In this document: positions 36,983 through 47,856 of the stretch, piece by piece
How positions within the stretch are numbered: position 1 is the stretch's first letter
How the letters are laid out: every line of letters starts with the position of its first letter
Source: Candidatus Latescibacterota bacterium
GTDB lineage: Bacteria > Latescibacterota > UBA2968
DNA length: 64,000 bases
Reading direction: 5' to 3'
Assembly (NCBI GenBank): GCA_965208125.1
Contig: OZ242320.1
Location: 736,001-800,000 of the forward strand
Position numbers and translations under genes: made by a program
Notes under the pieces: generated by a model
The model's input: only the letters and a program-made list of their open reading frames with translations
The model's database searches: none
What the model was told of the DNA's origin: nothing

Positions 36983-38161
36983 CTAAAGTATCCCGCACTC
37001 AAACCGCTTGAGCACCTCGCCCAGACCAGCCAGCGGCACAACCTCACCATCTCGTCGAGATTGCCGGTCTGCACCCCCATAGACGACCACTTTACCGGAA
37101 ATTTGCGGCAACACCTTTGCAATTCGGTTGAGCGCGTTAAAATAATCAGAGGCAATTGTAGCACCGGACTTGATCTCAATAGCACAAAGACCATTGCCAT
37201 TCTCATACAGAAGATCGCACTCCAACCCCCGGGCGTCTCGAAAAAAAGACAAATTGGACCGGTAGCCTCGATTGAAACGGTGCTTGAGAGTCTCCACCAC
37301 AACTGCATTTTCAAACAGCGCCCCGCGGAGCGGATGGGTGGCAATCTGCCCGGCATGCTCAATGCCTATAAGATAGCTCGCCAACCCGACATCGTAGAAG
37401 TACAGCTTGGGAGACTTGACCAGCCGCTTGCGAATATTGGCGTAAAACGGCGGAAGTTGAAAAACCACATAGCTCGCTTCCAGGACCGTTAGCCAGTGTC
37501 GCGCCGTAGTGTGAGAAACGCCAGCGTCTGCACCCAGAGCCGAGAGATTGGCCAGTTGCCCCACGCGCCCGGCACACAAGCGAATGAAACGACGAAAACT
37601 GGAAAGATTGCGAATCTCCCCAATCTGGCGCACATCGCGCTCGACGTAAGTCTCGAAATAGTCGCCAAGAGCTTGACGCGGTTCCAGTTTCTGATCGTGA
37701 ATGCGGGGATAAAAACCAGAGTACAGGATATCATCTACGCTTTCGCTCGCGCCGGATCCTCGGCGTTCTGCAAGTGAGAAAGGCAACAGGCGAAGCAGTG
37801 CTGTGCGCCCTGCCAGGGACTGGTTAATGGCATCGGAGAGCCTGAACTGCTCGCTGCCCGTGAGTACGAAAAGGCTATTTCTGCGCTGTTCATCGGCAAG
37901 TACCTGCAAATAGGACAAAAGCTCTGGCACGCGCTGGATTTCGTCCAAAATGGCACCCTCGCCGATATGAGAGAGAAAGCCTCTGGGATCGGACTCGGCA
38001 AATTCCCGCTGATCGGGTGCTTCCAGGTTGACATACTTCAGATGCGGAAAAGCTACGCGACAAAGGGTGGTCTTGCCGGACTGCCGCGGTCCAGTCACAG
38101 TGACAAACGGATATTTTTCGAAAAGTTCGACCAGACAGGGTGTAATCTCGCGCTTAATCAT
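36983..38161 (-). CDS. AAA_14 ATPase + DUF4143 protein
   Basis: GPRQSGKTT; LDEIQ; LTGS; KSPKLYFYDVG; ECD...IEIK. Confidence 0.9.
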   Translation of the reverse strand: MIKREITPCLVELFEKYPFVTVTGPRQSGKTTLCRVAFPHLKYVNLEAPDQREFAESDPRGFLSHIGEGAILDEIQRVPELLSYLQVLADEQRRNSLFVLTGSEQFRLSDAINQSLAGRTALLRLLPFSLAERRGSGASESVDDILYSGFYPRIHDQKLEPRQALGDYFETYVERDVRQIGEIRNLSSFRRFIRLCAGRVGQLANLSALGADAGVSHTTARHWLTVLEASYVVFQLPPFYANIRKRLVKSPKLYFYDVGLASYLIGIEHAGQIATHPLRGALFENAVVVETLKHRFNRGYRSNLSFFRDARGLECDLLYENGNGLCAIEIKSGATIASDYFNALNRIAKVLPQISGKVVVYGGADRQSRRDGEVVPLAGLGEVLKRFECGIL

Positions 38162-38226
38162 AGCACCTAAAATAACCGAAGATGTAACAATATGCAACTT
38201 AAACTTTCAAATTTACCCCACTTTCT

Positions 38227-39966
38227 CTATGCCGCGCTGGCCTTGCTCCGAATCTCCGTCAGATGAAAAGGTGTTGCCGCCCTTCCACCCCCGGGCAGGC
38301 CAAGGGGCAATCTCACATCCAGCAAAAAGGGGCGTTCCTCGCCCTCCACCACATCCAGTCCCCGCGCAATAGCACCATCCAGATCCGATTCTTCATCGAC
38401 CTGCACCCCCTCCACACCAAACCCCTCTGCAATTTTCACCGGATCAATCCCATCCAGAACCACGCCCGGGTATTCTCCCGTCTCCTTCATCACACCGCCC
38501 GCCCGCTCAAAATTGGTCGCCACAATCCCATAAGACCGATTATTTGGAATCACAAAAAGCACTGGAATCTGGTGGTGGGCAGCCGTCCAAAGCCCGGAAT
38601 CGGCATAATACATTGACCCATCGCCTACCAGCCCAACCACGGGCTTGTGCGGCACCGCCAGTTTCAACCCAATCGTACCACCAATCCCATAACCCTCCGA
38701 TCCCCCAGCCGCCCGGATATAGGCATTGCGCCCCGCGCCATACGCATCTCCTCGACTATCTATTGGCAGGGCGTATTGCTCGACCATCATCAAACCACCA
38801 CCCAACCTCTCCAGCCCCCGATCGATTGCATCTACCAGCACATAGGGTCTCACTTGCCCGGCCTCCTGCGCCACGCGCTTTGCCGCCGCTTTTCGCTTTG
38901 CGTGAAGAGAAGCAGCGTGCATCTCGGCGCGGGCGAGACGCTCGGCAAAAGACACCTGAGACGAAGCGCGCTCAATACATTCAAGCGTCCTGAACTCATC
39001 TGCTAAAATCGCGAGATCCAGCCCCGGAAGATTCGTAAAATTCTCGACATCTGGCCCAATCCCAATCAGGCGTTGCGCACCCGACAACACATTAAAATCC
39101 TGGGGTTTCCCGCGACCATTGTGGCGCACGCCAATGCACACAATCAGATCGGGTGACACCTCGGCAACAGCCTCTGCGATCCGCCCACAGTGCAAGCTGT
39201 GGCTTCGCGGAGTCCTGCGCATCTCGGTCCATGTACCCGCAATCGGACATCCATACTGCTCTGCCAGCGCCGTAATTCGCGCCTCTGCCCCACTCTTCCA
39301 AATACCGTCCCCAACATAAAACAGCGGACGCTGGGCATCGGACAGCGCGCGAATAACGGCTTCGACATCCTCATCTGCCGGATAACCCGCCCGCACCGAC
39401 TGAATCTCCCCCTCAATAATCTCTGTACTCACCATATCATTTCCGAGCAACCGATCGTAAACAGCGAGATGAACCGGACCGACCGGCGGTGTTTTGGCAA
39501 CGCGCAGCGCGCGCTCAATCGCCTGGGGCAAGCCATCCGATTCAATCACCGTCCAGCTCGCCTTGGTAAAAGGCTCCGCAATCGAAGTTGGACCCACATT
39601 ATGCGTCAAATCCAGACCCACCCGGTCTCCATAACTCCCCGTATCTCCCGCAAACGTGAGCACCACCACGGGCAGGCTTCCACTCCAAACATTGATCAAC
39701 TGCCCCAAACACTGCGCCAACCCAGCACCCAGATGGACGACCATCACAGCCGGATCGAGATTCCCCTGCGTATATCCCCCCGCCATCGCAGCCACACTAC
39801 CCTCGTGAAGTGCCAGAATACCGTTAACATTGGGATTTATGTGGAGCGCGTCAAAAAAAAGAGCCTCCCGAGAGCCAGAGTTGTTAAACACATACTGCAC
39901 ACCCAGCGCGGCGAGTTGCTCGACAATAATTTGGGATGGGGTTGCGGTAACTGATCTCTTTTTCAT
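38227..39966 (-). CDS. Thiamine-pyrophosphate-dependent enzyme (decarboxylase-like)
   Basis: LALHEG; GDGS...NNRSYG TPP motif. Confidence 0.88.
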   Translation of the reverse strand: MKKRSVTATPSQIIVEQLAALGVQYVFNNSGSREALFFDALHINPNVNGILALHEGSVAAMAGGYTQGNLDPAVMVVHLGAGLAQCLGQLINVWSGSLPVVVLTFAGDTGSYGDRVGLDLTHNVGPTSIAEPFTKASWTVIESDGLPQAIERALRVAKTPPVGPVHLAVYDRLLGNDMVSTEIIEGEIQSVRAGYPADEDVEAVIRALSDAQRPLFYVGDGIWKSGAEARITALAEQYGCPIAGTWTEMRRTPRSHSLHCGRIAEAVAEVSPDLIVCIGVRHNGRGKPQDFNVLSGAQRLIGIGPDVENFTNLPGLDLAILADEFRTLECIERASSQVSFAERLARAEMHAASLHAKRKAAAKRVAQEAGQVRPYVLVDAIDRGLERLGGGLMMVEQYALPIDSRGDAYGAGRNAYIRAAGGSEGYGIGGTIGLKLAVPHKPVVGLVGDGSMYYADSGLWTAAHHQIPVLFVIPNNRSYGIVATNFERAGGVMKETGEYPGVVLDGIDPVKIAEGFGVEGVQVDEESDLDGAIARGLDVVEGEERPFLLDVRLPLGLPGGGRAATPFHLTEIRSKASAA

Positions 39967-40151
39967 AACCCCTCACCTCCTTGGCTATTTGTCCTGAAAA
40001 AAAACCATCGTGAAGTATGATAACCCGTCGCCCAGAACAGCACAAGCAATACCAGAACAGGTGTAATTTCCTTTGTCGCGCTCGGGAGGCACTTTATATT
40101 GCTGCGGCAAAACCAATTATATCTTCAGAGTTTTATTAACAGGAGACCACA

Positions 40152-41234
40152 ATGAAAATCACAGATATCAAAATGACAGTTGTAAAACAACGCCTGGAAA
40201 AACCATTCTGGAACTCGATTGTCACCACGCGCTCCAAGTCTCGCGCCAGATTGGAAATCTATACAAATGAGGGCCTCACAGGCATGACCATGTGTTCGGG
40301 ATCTGTGCGGACAAAACTGAACACCTTAAAAGAAAAATTGATCGGTGAAGACCCCATGCGAATCGCGTACTTATGGGAAAAACTATTCATGGGCGGCACG
40401 CGCAAACCCATAGCCAAAGGCGAATACATCAACGCCATCAGCGCAGCCGACAATGCCCTCTGGGACTTAAAGGGCAAAGCACTCAGTCAACCCGTGTGGA
40501 AATTGCTCGGCGGCGTACAAAACAAACTGTGGGCCTATGCCGCGGGTGGATATTACGAAGAAGGCAAGGGCATACCAGAACTCTGCGAGGAAATGACAAC
40601 CTATGTAAGCCAGGGATTTCAAGCGGTAAAAATGAAAGTGGGATGGCCCGGCGTCACATTGAAAGAAGACGCAGAACGAGTCCGCGCCGTACGCAAAGCC
40701 ATAGGCGACGACATCGCCCTGATGATCGACGCGAACAATGCCTGGGACGCGCATACCGCAATTCGATTCGGACGCATGATCGAACCCTATGACCCCTACT
40801 GGTATGAAGAACCCGTGCGCCCGGATGATCTCGAAGGCTCTGCACTCGTCGCCGAGGCACTGGACTATCCCGTTGCCAGTGGAGAAAACGAAGCCACGCG
40901 CTGGGGATTTCGCGACCTGATCGAACGCGGCGGTGTACGCATCGTCCAGGCCGACCCAAACAACTGCGGCGGAATCAGCGAATGGATGAAAATTGCGGCC
41001 ATAGCCAGCGCCCATCACCTGCAAATGGCCCCGCATGGACAGGGAGCCCTGGGTTGCGTCTTAGTCGCCGCGGTAGATAATGGACTGGTAGTGGAAAATT
41101 ACCTGCGAAACTTCAGCACAGATATGGTAGGCGATTTAGAATTTAAAGACGGGCATGTCATTATGAACGACGCACCCGGTCTCGGCATCGAATGGAATGA
41201 AGACCTGATCGAAAAGTATGGAGAAAAGTATTAA
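40152..41234 (+). CDS. Mandelate racemase/muconate lactonizing family enzyme
   Basis: KMKVG; MIDAN; YEEP; ASGEN; APH; PGLG. Confidence 0.92.
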   Translation: MKITDIKMTVVKQRLEKPFWNSIVTTRSKSRARLEIYTNEGLTGMTMCSGSVRTKLNTLKEKLIGEDPMRIAYLWEKLFMGGTRKPIAKGEYINAISAADNALWDLKGKALSQPVWKLLGGVQNKLWAYAAGGYYEEGKGIPELCEEMTTYVSQGFQAVKMKVGWPGVTLKEDAERVRAVRKAIGDDIALMIDANNAWDAHTAIRFGRMIEPYDPYWYEEPVRPDDLEGSALVAEALDYPVASGENEATRWGFRDLIERGGVRIVQADPNNCGGISEWMKIAAIASAHHLQMAPHGQGALGCVLVAAVDNGLVVENYLRNFSTDMVGDLEFKDGHVIMNDAPGLGIEWNEDLIEKYGEKY

Positions 41235-41241
41235 AGGATGT

Positions 41242-42045
41242 TCAACCTGCAATCACTGCCCGCAGGTGGGCAACCGCCAGCCGGATCACCTCAGTATCGT
41301 CGCACGCATTCAAATCCTTGCCTTCAAAGACCACCGAGACAACCCCGTTGAAGTCCACATCCTTCAGGATCTGAATAATCCGCGGATAATCCAGCCACGT
41401 CTCCTCCCCCGTATCGATCTTGTAAAACTTGGCCCGAACATGGGACGTATATGGTGCTGTCTGTTCCATAAACGCGTAGATATCCACCTCCGGATCCGGC
41501 ACCCCCTGGTTCCGCGCGGGCGATCCGACCCACTGTCCGGTATCCATAATAAGCGTAAAATTTTCCCGGTCTGTCTGTTCCAGAATCCGCAGCACATCTT
41601 CCCCCGTAGAAGGATGGTTCTGTAGCCCTACAGCAATCCCCTTCTCTGCGGCATAATCGGCCGCTTCCCGAAAACACCGGATTTCCCGCCTCTGCGCTTC
41701 GGCATCTTCCAGCGGAGGCCCGCAAAACAGCCGGATCATAGGCGCACCTATAAACGCCGCCGTATCCACATCTGCTCTGACCTGAGCCAGTTTCTCAGCC
41801 AGATCCGCATCGGACCCCACAAAATGCCCACCCGAAGCCAGGTACCCGATTGACAGCCCATATTGGAGACACTGCATCTTCACCTCGAGCAAGTACGCCG
41901 GCTGCTTCGACTGGAATCCGCGTCCGCTGTGGAAATCGATCACATCCAGCTTCAATTGGTACGCCAGTTGGATATAGCTCTCCACACTCTCCAGGCGGGG
42001 CGGATCATCCTTCCCGAACATCGAAGCGTAAACACCCACTTTCAT
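41242..42045 (-). CDS. Sugar phosphate isomerase/epimerase (TIM barrel)
   Basis: IRLFCG; LQNH; MDTG; HVRAK; VFEG. Confidence 0.82.
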   Translation of the reverse strand: MKVGVYASMFGKDDPPRLESVESYIQLAYQLKLDVIDFHSGRGFQSKQPAYLLEVKMQCLQYGLSIGYLASGGHFVGSDADLAEKLAQVRADVDTAAFIGAPMIRLFCGPPLEDAEAQRREIRCFREAADYAAEKGIAVGLQNHPSTGEDVLRILEQTDRENFTLIMDTGQWVGSPARNQGVPDPEVDIYAFMEQTAPYTSHVRAKFYKIDTGEETWLDYPRIIQILKDVDFNGVVSVVFEGKDLNACDDTEVIRLAVAHLRAVIAG

Positions 42046-42060
42046 AGCAAACCTCTCAAT

Positions 42061-42438
42061 TCAGACGTGATCGGATTCGCGCCGAAACAATTGCAGGAGC
42101 ACGTCATTCGGCCCATTGAAAAAGCTCAACCGGATGTCGGCTCCTTCGGCATCGAAAGGCTCCACGGCAATGTCCACGCCCTTGTCCTCGAGTTCCCGGG
42201 CGCTGTCGTCAACACTGTCAACCTTAAAGGATATGTGGTGAAAGCCCACTTCTGCGTCCATGGTCTTTTGGGGCATCAGTTCCAGAATGATATCTCCGGC
42301 CTGCAAAAAGACGAAATCCTCGTCATCCTCGTTGTGAAAGCGGTCAATTTCCACCAGGCCCAGAGTCCGGGTATAAAATCGCACGGCGCCTTCGATATCG
42401 TCGCTGACCAGGGCAATTTTGTGGATATTGTCGATCAT
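42061..42438 (-). CDS. VOC/glyoxalase family protein
   Basis: FYTRTLG; LELM; HHISFKVD; FFNGP. Confidence 0.88.
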   Translation of the reverse strand: MIDNIHKIALVSDDIEGAVRFYTRTLGLVEIDRFHNEDDEDFVFLQAGDIILELMPQKTMDAEVGFHHISFKVDSVDDSARELEDKGVDIAVEPFDAEGADIRLSFFNGPNDVLLQLFRRESDHV

Positions 42439-42499
42439 GTCCTTCTCCTGTCGTTAGGATCGAAAAACCCTCAATCTTATTTTAACCACACATGCTGCT

Positions 42500-43507
42500 T
42501 CAAACATTCCACACCCGCTCGAACAAATTCATCCAATTCCCTCCCAACAGCCTGGTGATATCCTCGGCGCTGTACCCGCGATTGACGAGTGCCTCTGCCA
42601 GATTGGGAAACTCCGCCGGGCTATCAATCCCCTTCGGTTGAAAACTCAGTTCGGTGTATGGCACCGAGCCATCGGCAAAAGTCGAGGGAAACTTCGTACC
42701 TTGCTGCGAACCGATATAATGCCAGAACTCGAGCGGCTGATCGTGCGTGGAATCCGTCCCAATAGCCACGTGATCAATGCCGACCCGCTCCACCATATCA
42801 TCAATAGCATCGACAAAATCCTCGACAGTCGAATCGAATCCTTTGGGAAGAAAATGGGCATAAGACGTGGCACCTACAACGCCCCCCTTTTCGGCCAGAA
42901 GCTTGAGCGCATCTTCCTCCTTATTCCGCGGATGATTGCAAAAACTGCGCGCATTGGCATGGGTAATGGCGACCGGCTGCTCGGACATCTCAATAGCGTC
43001 CATCGTCGTTTTCGGACCGACATGCGACAGATCAATAACAATACCGAGCCGGTTCATTTCGCGCACCGCATCCACGCCAAAATTGCTCAGGCCACCATCG
43101 GTTCGCTCCCAGCAGCCACTACCCAGCAAATTGGTCTCGTGATAGGTCAGTTGAATCACCCGAACACCGAGGGCGAGAAATAGTCCCAGGCGATCCAACT
43201 CGTTTTCTATGGGCGAAGCATTCTGAAAACTGAGAATAATTCCGGTCTTCCCCTGCTCTTTGGCAGCATAAATATCAGCCGTCTCTTTCACCTGCAAAAT
43301 GTCATCGCGCTCGCGAAAGCGCCGCATCCACACCGATAGATGCGCCATCGTCTGCAAAAAATTTTCCCACGTAGCCACCGTGGCATTGATCGCGGTGATA
43401 TTGCCGGCTCGCAAACGCCTGAACACCGCATCGCTCTCCCAGTTGCTAATACTCAGGCCATCTATCACAATCGCCTCGTCGTAGATCTTCCTCGCATCCG
43501 TACTCAT
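42500..43507 (-). CDS. Membrane dipeptidase (M19) family protein
   Basis: GVRVIQLTY; IDLSH; THAN..HPRNK; IGTD; LLGGN. Confidence 0.9.
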   Translation of the reverse strand: MSTDARKIYDEAIVIDGLSISNWESDAVFRRLRAGNITAINATVATWENFLQTMAHLSVWMRRFRERDDILQVKETADIYAAKEQGKTGIILSFQNASPIENELDRLGLFLALGVRVIQLTYHETNLLGSGCWERTDGGLSNFGVDAVREMNRLGIVIDLSHVGPKTTMDAIEMSEQPVAITHANARSFCNHPRNKEEDALKLLAEKGGVVGATSYAHFLPKGFDSTVEDFVDAIDDMVERVGIDHVAIGTDSTHDQPLEFWHYIGSQQGTKFPSTFADGSVPYTELSFQPKGIDSPAEFPNLAEALVNRGYSAEDITRLLGGNWMNLFERVWNV

Positions 43508-43522
43508 CTTCCTGCTCCTCTA

Positions 43523-44623
43523 TCAATAATCTGACACCGCCCCATCCCGGAGCCTCGCATTCGGCCACTCGAATGGACGCGCTGGACTCTTACCCACTTC
43601 GATAGCGCGCGCTTCATTGACCTCAACGCCCAGTCCGGGTCCCTCGGGCAAAGAAACATAACCTTCGTCATCCATTTCCCAGGTCTTAATCGCCACATCT
43701 TCGGGAAGCACACCCGCGTACCCCTCGTGAATCAAAAACATCGGCACCGACGCCGCCACATGCAAGCTCGCCGTCAAACCCAGGTGAGACATCGTACAAT
43801 GCGGTGCAATAGGGACAAAATGCGCTTCGGCGAGCGTAGCCACCTTCTTCATCTGGGTAATCCCCCCACCGTGACCGCAATCCGGCTGAAGCACGTCAAT
43901 CACCTGCGCCTCCAAAATCTCCCGCACCTCCCAGATCGTGCGATCCCGCTCACCAGTCGCAAGGGGCACCGGCACCATCTCGCGAACCTTCTTCATATTC
44001 TCTATATTCCCCGGCACCCACGCCTCTTCCAAAAACAGCAAATCATCGGACTTCAAATAGCCCGCAAACTGCCTGACCAGAGGTGGTGGCAAACAGCTAT
44101 GCGCATCGAACATCACGGCACCGTCGTGTCCCACCTTCTCCCTCGCATCTTTAATCTTCTGAACAATTGCCTCAATCTCGGCAGGCGTACCCGCAAAATA
44201 CTGGGCACCACCCGGCCCGGTCTTAATCGCCTTTGGACTTGGATACATCCATATCTTATCCCGACACGGACCGCCCAACAGGCGATACACTGGAACCCCG
44301 TGCAGCTTGCCACAGATATCCCACAGCGCCATATCAATCGCGGAAATCGTATGAACCATCAAACCGCCGTTGCGGATATTGCGATGTGCGCGGAACATCC
44401 GCTGCCAGAGGTGCTCCGTACGCGTGGGATTCTCTCCAATAATCAACTCGGAAAGCGACTCTGCAAGCGCGCAAGTTACCCTTGTCTCCATATTATTGAT
44501 CTCACCCCAACCCGTAATCCCGGCATTCGTCTCGACCTTGACATATCCCTTCACGCCAATCGGTATCGCAGTCAACCCCGTAACGCGAATACTCGATGCT
44601 CTGTCTTCATGATCATTGCTCAT
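43523..44623 (-). CDS. Enolase-superfamily dehydratase (galactonate dehydratase-like)
   Basis: AIDMALWDI.GK..GVPVY.LLGG; FDAH; LEE; TGER; APH. Confidence 0.88.
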   Translation of the reverse strand: MSNDHEDRASSIRVTGLTAIPIGVKGYVKVETNAGITGWGEINNMETRVTCALAESLSELIIGENPTRTEHLWQRMFRAHRNIRNGGLMVHTISAIDMALWDICGKLHGVPVYRLLGGPCRDKIWMYPSPKAIKTGPGGAQYFAGTPAEIEAIVQKIKDAREKVGHDGAVMFDAHSCLPPPLVRQFAGYLKSDDLLFLEEAWVPGNIENMKKVREMVPVPLATGERDRTIWEVREILEAQVIDVLQPDCGHGGGITQMKKVATLAEAHFVPIAPHCTMSHLGLTASLHVAASVPMFLIHEGYAGVLPEDVAIKTWEMDDEGYVSLPEGPGLGVEVNEARAIEVGKSPARPFEWPNARLRDGAVSDY

Positions 44624-44783
44624 ACAGTCCTCCAGCGGATAGAAGTGTAACGCGCATACTGGTCGAACAGCTTGACCAAACAGAGTGTAATTTAGCGTTT
44701 GATAAAAAATATGGTATCTTTATTTTACCATGCCAACGACACGCGAGTAGAAAGCATCAAACTTTATCCCGAGAAACAGTAAA

Positions 44784-46616
44784 ATGACCTGTGCAACACT
44801 GTCAGCAAAAACGCGCCAACAACCACCCGACTGGGCCATGCGCCAGCGCCAACTAATAGCGGTAATGGACCGCGCTGCCCACCCTTTTGTCGAACACAGC
44901 ACCCGCCCGGACGGCACTCTAATCCAGCGCACGGTATGGACGAGCATGGACGGCACGGACAACGGCTATGAAGCCTTCCTCTCCTTCCCCCTCTTCTACC
45001 TGCTGGGCGGCGGCGAGCACATCCATCGGATCGCCCGCAAAGAGTGGGACGCCATCACCTATCAATACGCCAACTACGGCACAGTAGATCGGGAATTCGT
45101 CACAGGCTTCGACTGGTTCCACCACTCCGAGAGCTATACCTACATCTACTATCTGGCCATGGCCGATCCCGAGAACCACATCGACCGCACCCGCGCCCTG
45201 CGCTACGCCGCCATGTACACTGGCGAAGATCCGCTGGCACCCAACTGGGATGCACAGCACTGCATGATCCGCTCGCCCCTCAACGGCAGCAAAGGACCGC
45301 GCTTTGTAACCACCCAGATCGATTGGGACTACCACCGCCCCATTCTCTCCGGGTACCTCGCTCCGTATGAAGACATAGAGGGCGCTGACAGTTCTGACCC
45401 ACTTTTCAAAGTCGATTGGACCGACGACCGGGTCTTCGCCCGGGTACTCGACCAGATCAATCAACGCATGACCCGCGGCGACGTGCCCCTCAATCTGAGT
45501 GCCACCAGCCTGATTACCAACGCGTACCTCTACACGGGCGAAGACAAGTACCGGCAGTGGGTGCTGGATTATTTGCGAGCCTGGGAGGCGCGCTGCGCCG
45601 CCAATGATGGCATCATGCCCGACAATATCGGTCCCAACGGCATCATCGGCGAGTTAATGGATGGCAAGTGGTGGGGCGGGTACTACGGCTGGCGCTGGCC
45701 GCATGGGGCGCGCAATATTGTCGAGCCAGCCCTCGTAGCTGGCAGTTGCGCCCTGCTCATGACCGGCGACATGTCGCATCTGAACCTGGCCCGCTCACAA
45801 CTCGATATGCTCTGGGAAAACCGACGCGAGGAGAACGGTCAGATCCAGGTGCCGGCACGGCACGGCGACCGCGGCTGGTTCGACTTCCGCCCGCCCGATC
45901 CCCATTTGTACATCCACCTGTATTACCTGAGCCAGAGCGCCGAGGATCTGGCCCGTCTCGACGAGATCTTCCCGGAACGCGAGGGATTTGCGGGCTTGCC
46001 ACCCGACTGGGGCGCGGCCAAGGCCGGTATCTGCCCCCCAAAAGCCTGGTTCGCCTTTACCGAAGGCAAAAATCCCGACTACCTCGACCAGGCCTTCGAC
46101 TCGACCTACTCCAGCATCTGCCGCAGCCTGGAGCGTTTGGAAAGCGATGACAGCGACCCGGAAACGCGCGAATGCTACCACTTCCAGAAACTCAATCCAG
46201 TGCTGCCCGAAGCCCTCATTCAAATGGCCATGGGCACGCCAGCAGCCATGTACAACGGCGGCATGCTACAGGCCCACTTGCGCTATTTTGACCCGCAACG
46301 CCACCGCCCGGGACTGCCCGAACACGTCGCGGCACTGGTTGATCGGGTCAGCGCCGACCAGATCAGTGTATCGCTGGTGAATACCGATCCGGTGGAGAGC
46401 CGAGCCGTATTGCTCCAGGCCGGTTCCTTTGGCGAGCACTGCTTTACCCAGGCCCGCCTCGAAAACCGTGAAGACGCTGACCAGTCCGTCGAGGTAAACG
46501 GCAAATATCTTCGGGTACATCTGGGTCCAGGTGCTCAGGCACGCCTGCACCTGGGACTGAAGCGCTTTGCCTTCCAGCCCTCCTATGCTCTCCCGCCTGT
46601 TACATGTCTTCTTTGA
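44784..46616 (+). CDS. Conserved hypothetical aromatic-rich protein (610 aa)
   Basis: Long ORF; DG.D.GYE, DWFHHSE, PDNIG, WWGGYYGWRWPHG motifs. Confidence 0.8.
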   Translation: MTCATLSAKTRQQPPDWAMRQRQLIAVMDRAAHPFVEHSTRPDGTLIQRTVWTSMDGTDNGYEAFLSFPLFYLLGGGEHIHRIARKEWDAITYQYANYGTVDREFVTGFDWFHHSESYTYIYYLAMADPENHIDRTRALRYAAMYTGEDPLAPNWDAQHCMIRSPLNGSKGPRFVTTQIDWDYHRPILSGYLAPYEDIEGADSSDPLFKVDWTDDRVFARVLDQINQRMTRGDVPLNLSATSLITNAYLYTGEDKYRQWVLDYLRAWEARCAANDGIMPDNIGPNGIIGELMDGKWWGGYYGWRWPHGARNIVEPALVAGSCALLMTGDMSHLNLARSQLDMLWENRREENGQIQVPARHGDRGWFDFRPPDPHLYIHLYYLSQSAEDLARLDEIFPEREGFAGLPPDWGAAKAGICPPKAWFAFTEGKNPDYLDQAFDSTYSSICRSLERLESDDSDPETRECYHFQKLNPVLPEALIQMAMGTPAAMYNGGMLQAHLRYFDPQRHRPGLPEHVAALVDRVSADQISVSLVNTDPVESRAVLLQAGSFGEHCFTQARLENREDADQSVEVNGKYLRVHLGPGAQARLHLGLKRFAFQPSYALPPVTCLL

Positions 46617-46626
46617 AGGAAACAGC

Positions 46627-47856
46627 ATGAGTCGATTGTACTACAGTGAAGAAGGGCGAGTGATGCCGTCTCTCTGCGAGGAATTAACGATCTTTCGGCG
46701 GGCGCGCAAAACGCTCATCTTGCCCACGACGAACGCGCCGGGAATAGTTTATATACTCGCCCGACCCTATCCGGAAAACAACGCGCCCTTGCGGGTGTCA
46801 GTAAATGGTGCGGAAGTTGCCGCGCTAAAACCGACCCGACGCGGCGCATATTCATGGTATGAATTCTCAGTGGAAAAACTGAAGGAAGGCGAGAACATCT
46901 TTGAACTGTGGACCGACCACACTGCAATGGCCGGCTGGTCGCTCGCAATGGAAGCGGGACATCCCGCGCCGGATAGCGCCATAAGCGATGATGGCGGACA
47001 GACCTGGCGCAGCGAGCGAATGGGATACTTGAACGCGGTTCTGGGTGAATACGTCATTCGAGTCAGACTGACCGAGGGAGAAGATCCCCCACCGCCCCCT
47101 ATGACATGGGAAAACGCGGATGCACCCAGATTTGAATCCCTGAGGCAAATGCTACCTCCTGCTGCACGCGATGAAGGACCGTTAATCAAACGGGTACGCG
47201 CACTATCGGCCTGGCTGGCATCCAGTTGGGAACACACCAGTTCGGCAAGAGCAGAACAGTACGCGCCGTGGGATGCAGAAACCCTGTTGGCCTGGGCTCC
47301 GGGACAGATTGGACACAATGGAAAACGGCCAGTGGCAATGTGTGTACACTATGCAGCGGCATTTGTGAGTTGCGCGCAAGCTATCGGCATTCCAGCCCGA
47401 TGCGCGGTCTTGACAGAAGCGGTGAACAGCTTCAATGGACATTTTGTAGCAGAAGTCTGGTTCGATCACCTGGGCAAGTGGGTAGTGGTAGATCCGAATA
47501 CGGACGCGCTATTTTTAAAAAACGGGATACCGATGTCAATGGATGAGATACAGGCCGCGGGGAAGAATCTAAAAACACATGTCGAATACGGACAGGGTAC
47601 AGAATTCCAGCGCACCTTTCCGCACATCGTGGAATTTATGCGGGAAAATCTGGAAAAGGGAGTTTGTTTTCAACACCGGAGCGTCTGGTTCCGGAGCGAC
47701 CTCCTGGGACACCCCGAGTTTTCACCACCAGCGCACGGATCGCTGAGCTATTGCGAAACCGGCCTGGTGTGGGAACAGCGAGACAGGCAATCGGGATTCG
47801 GAATGTTTCCCCATTTTGGCAATGAGGACTATTTCAACACAGCACCTGTCAGGTAG
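46627..47856 (+). CDS. Transglutaminase-like domain protein
   Basis: Candidate triad AMCVHYA / NGHFVAEVW / VVVDP. Confidence 0.78.
   Translation: MSRLYYSEEGRVMPSLCEELTIFRRARKTLILPTTNAPGIVYILARPYPENNAPLRVSVNGAEVAALKPTRRGAYSWYEFSVEKLKEGENIFELWTDHTAMAGWSLAMEAGHPAPDSAISDDGGQTWRSERMGYLNAVLGEYVIRVRLTEGEDPPPPPMTWENADAPRFESLRQMLPPAARDEGPLIKRVRALSAWLASSWEHTSSARAEQYAPWDAETLLAWAPGQIGHNGKRPVAMCVHYAAAFVSCAQAIGIPARCAVLTEAVNSFNGHFVAEVWFDHLGKWVVVDPNTDALFLKNGIPMSMDEIQAAGKNLKTHVEYGQGTEFQRTFPHIVEFMRENLEKGVCFQHRSVWFRSDLLGHPEFSPPAHGSLSYCETGLVWEQRDRQSGFGMFPHFGNEDYFNTAPVR

Noticed and set aside
35755-37362. 398-aa antisense ORF and 144-aa extension of the Gfo/Idh/MocA ORF
   Set aside because: The first is a shadow ORF; the extension overlaps the AAA gene, and the Rossmann motif with RBS starts at 36927
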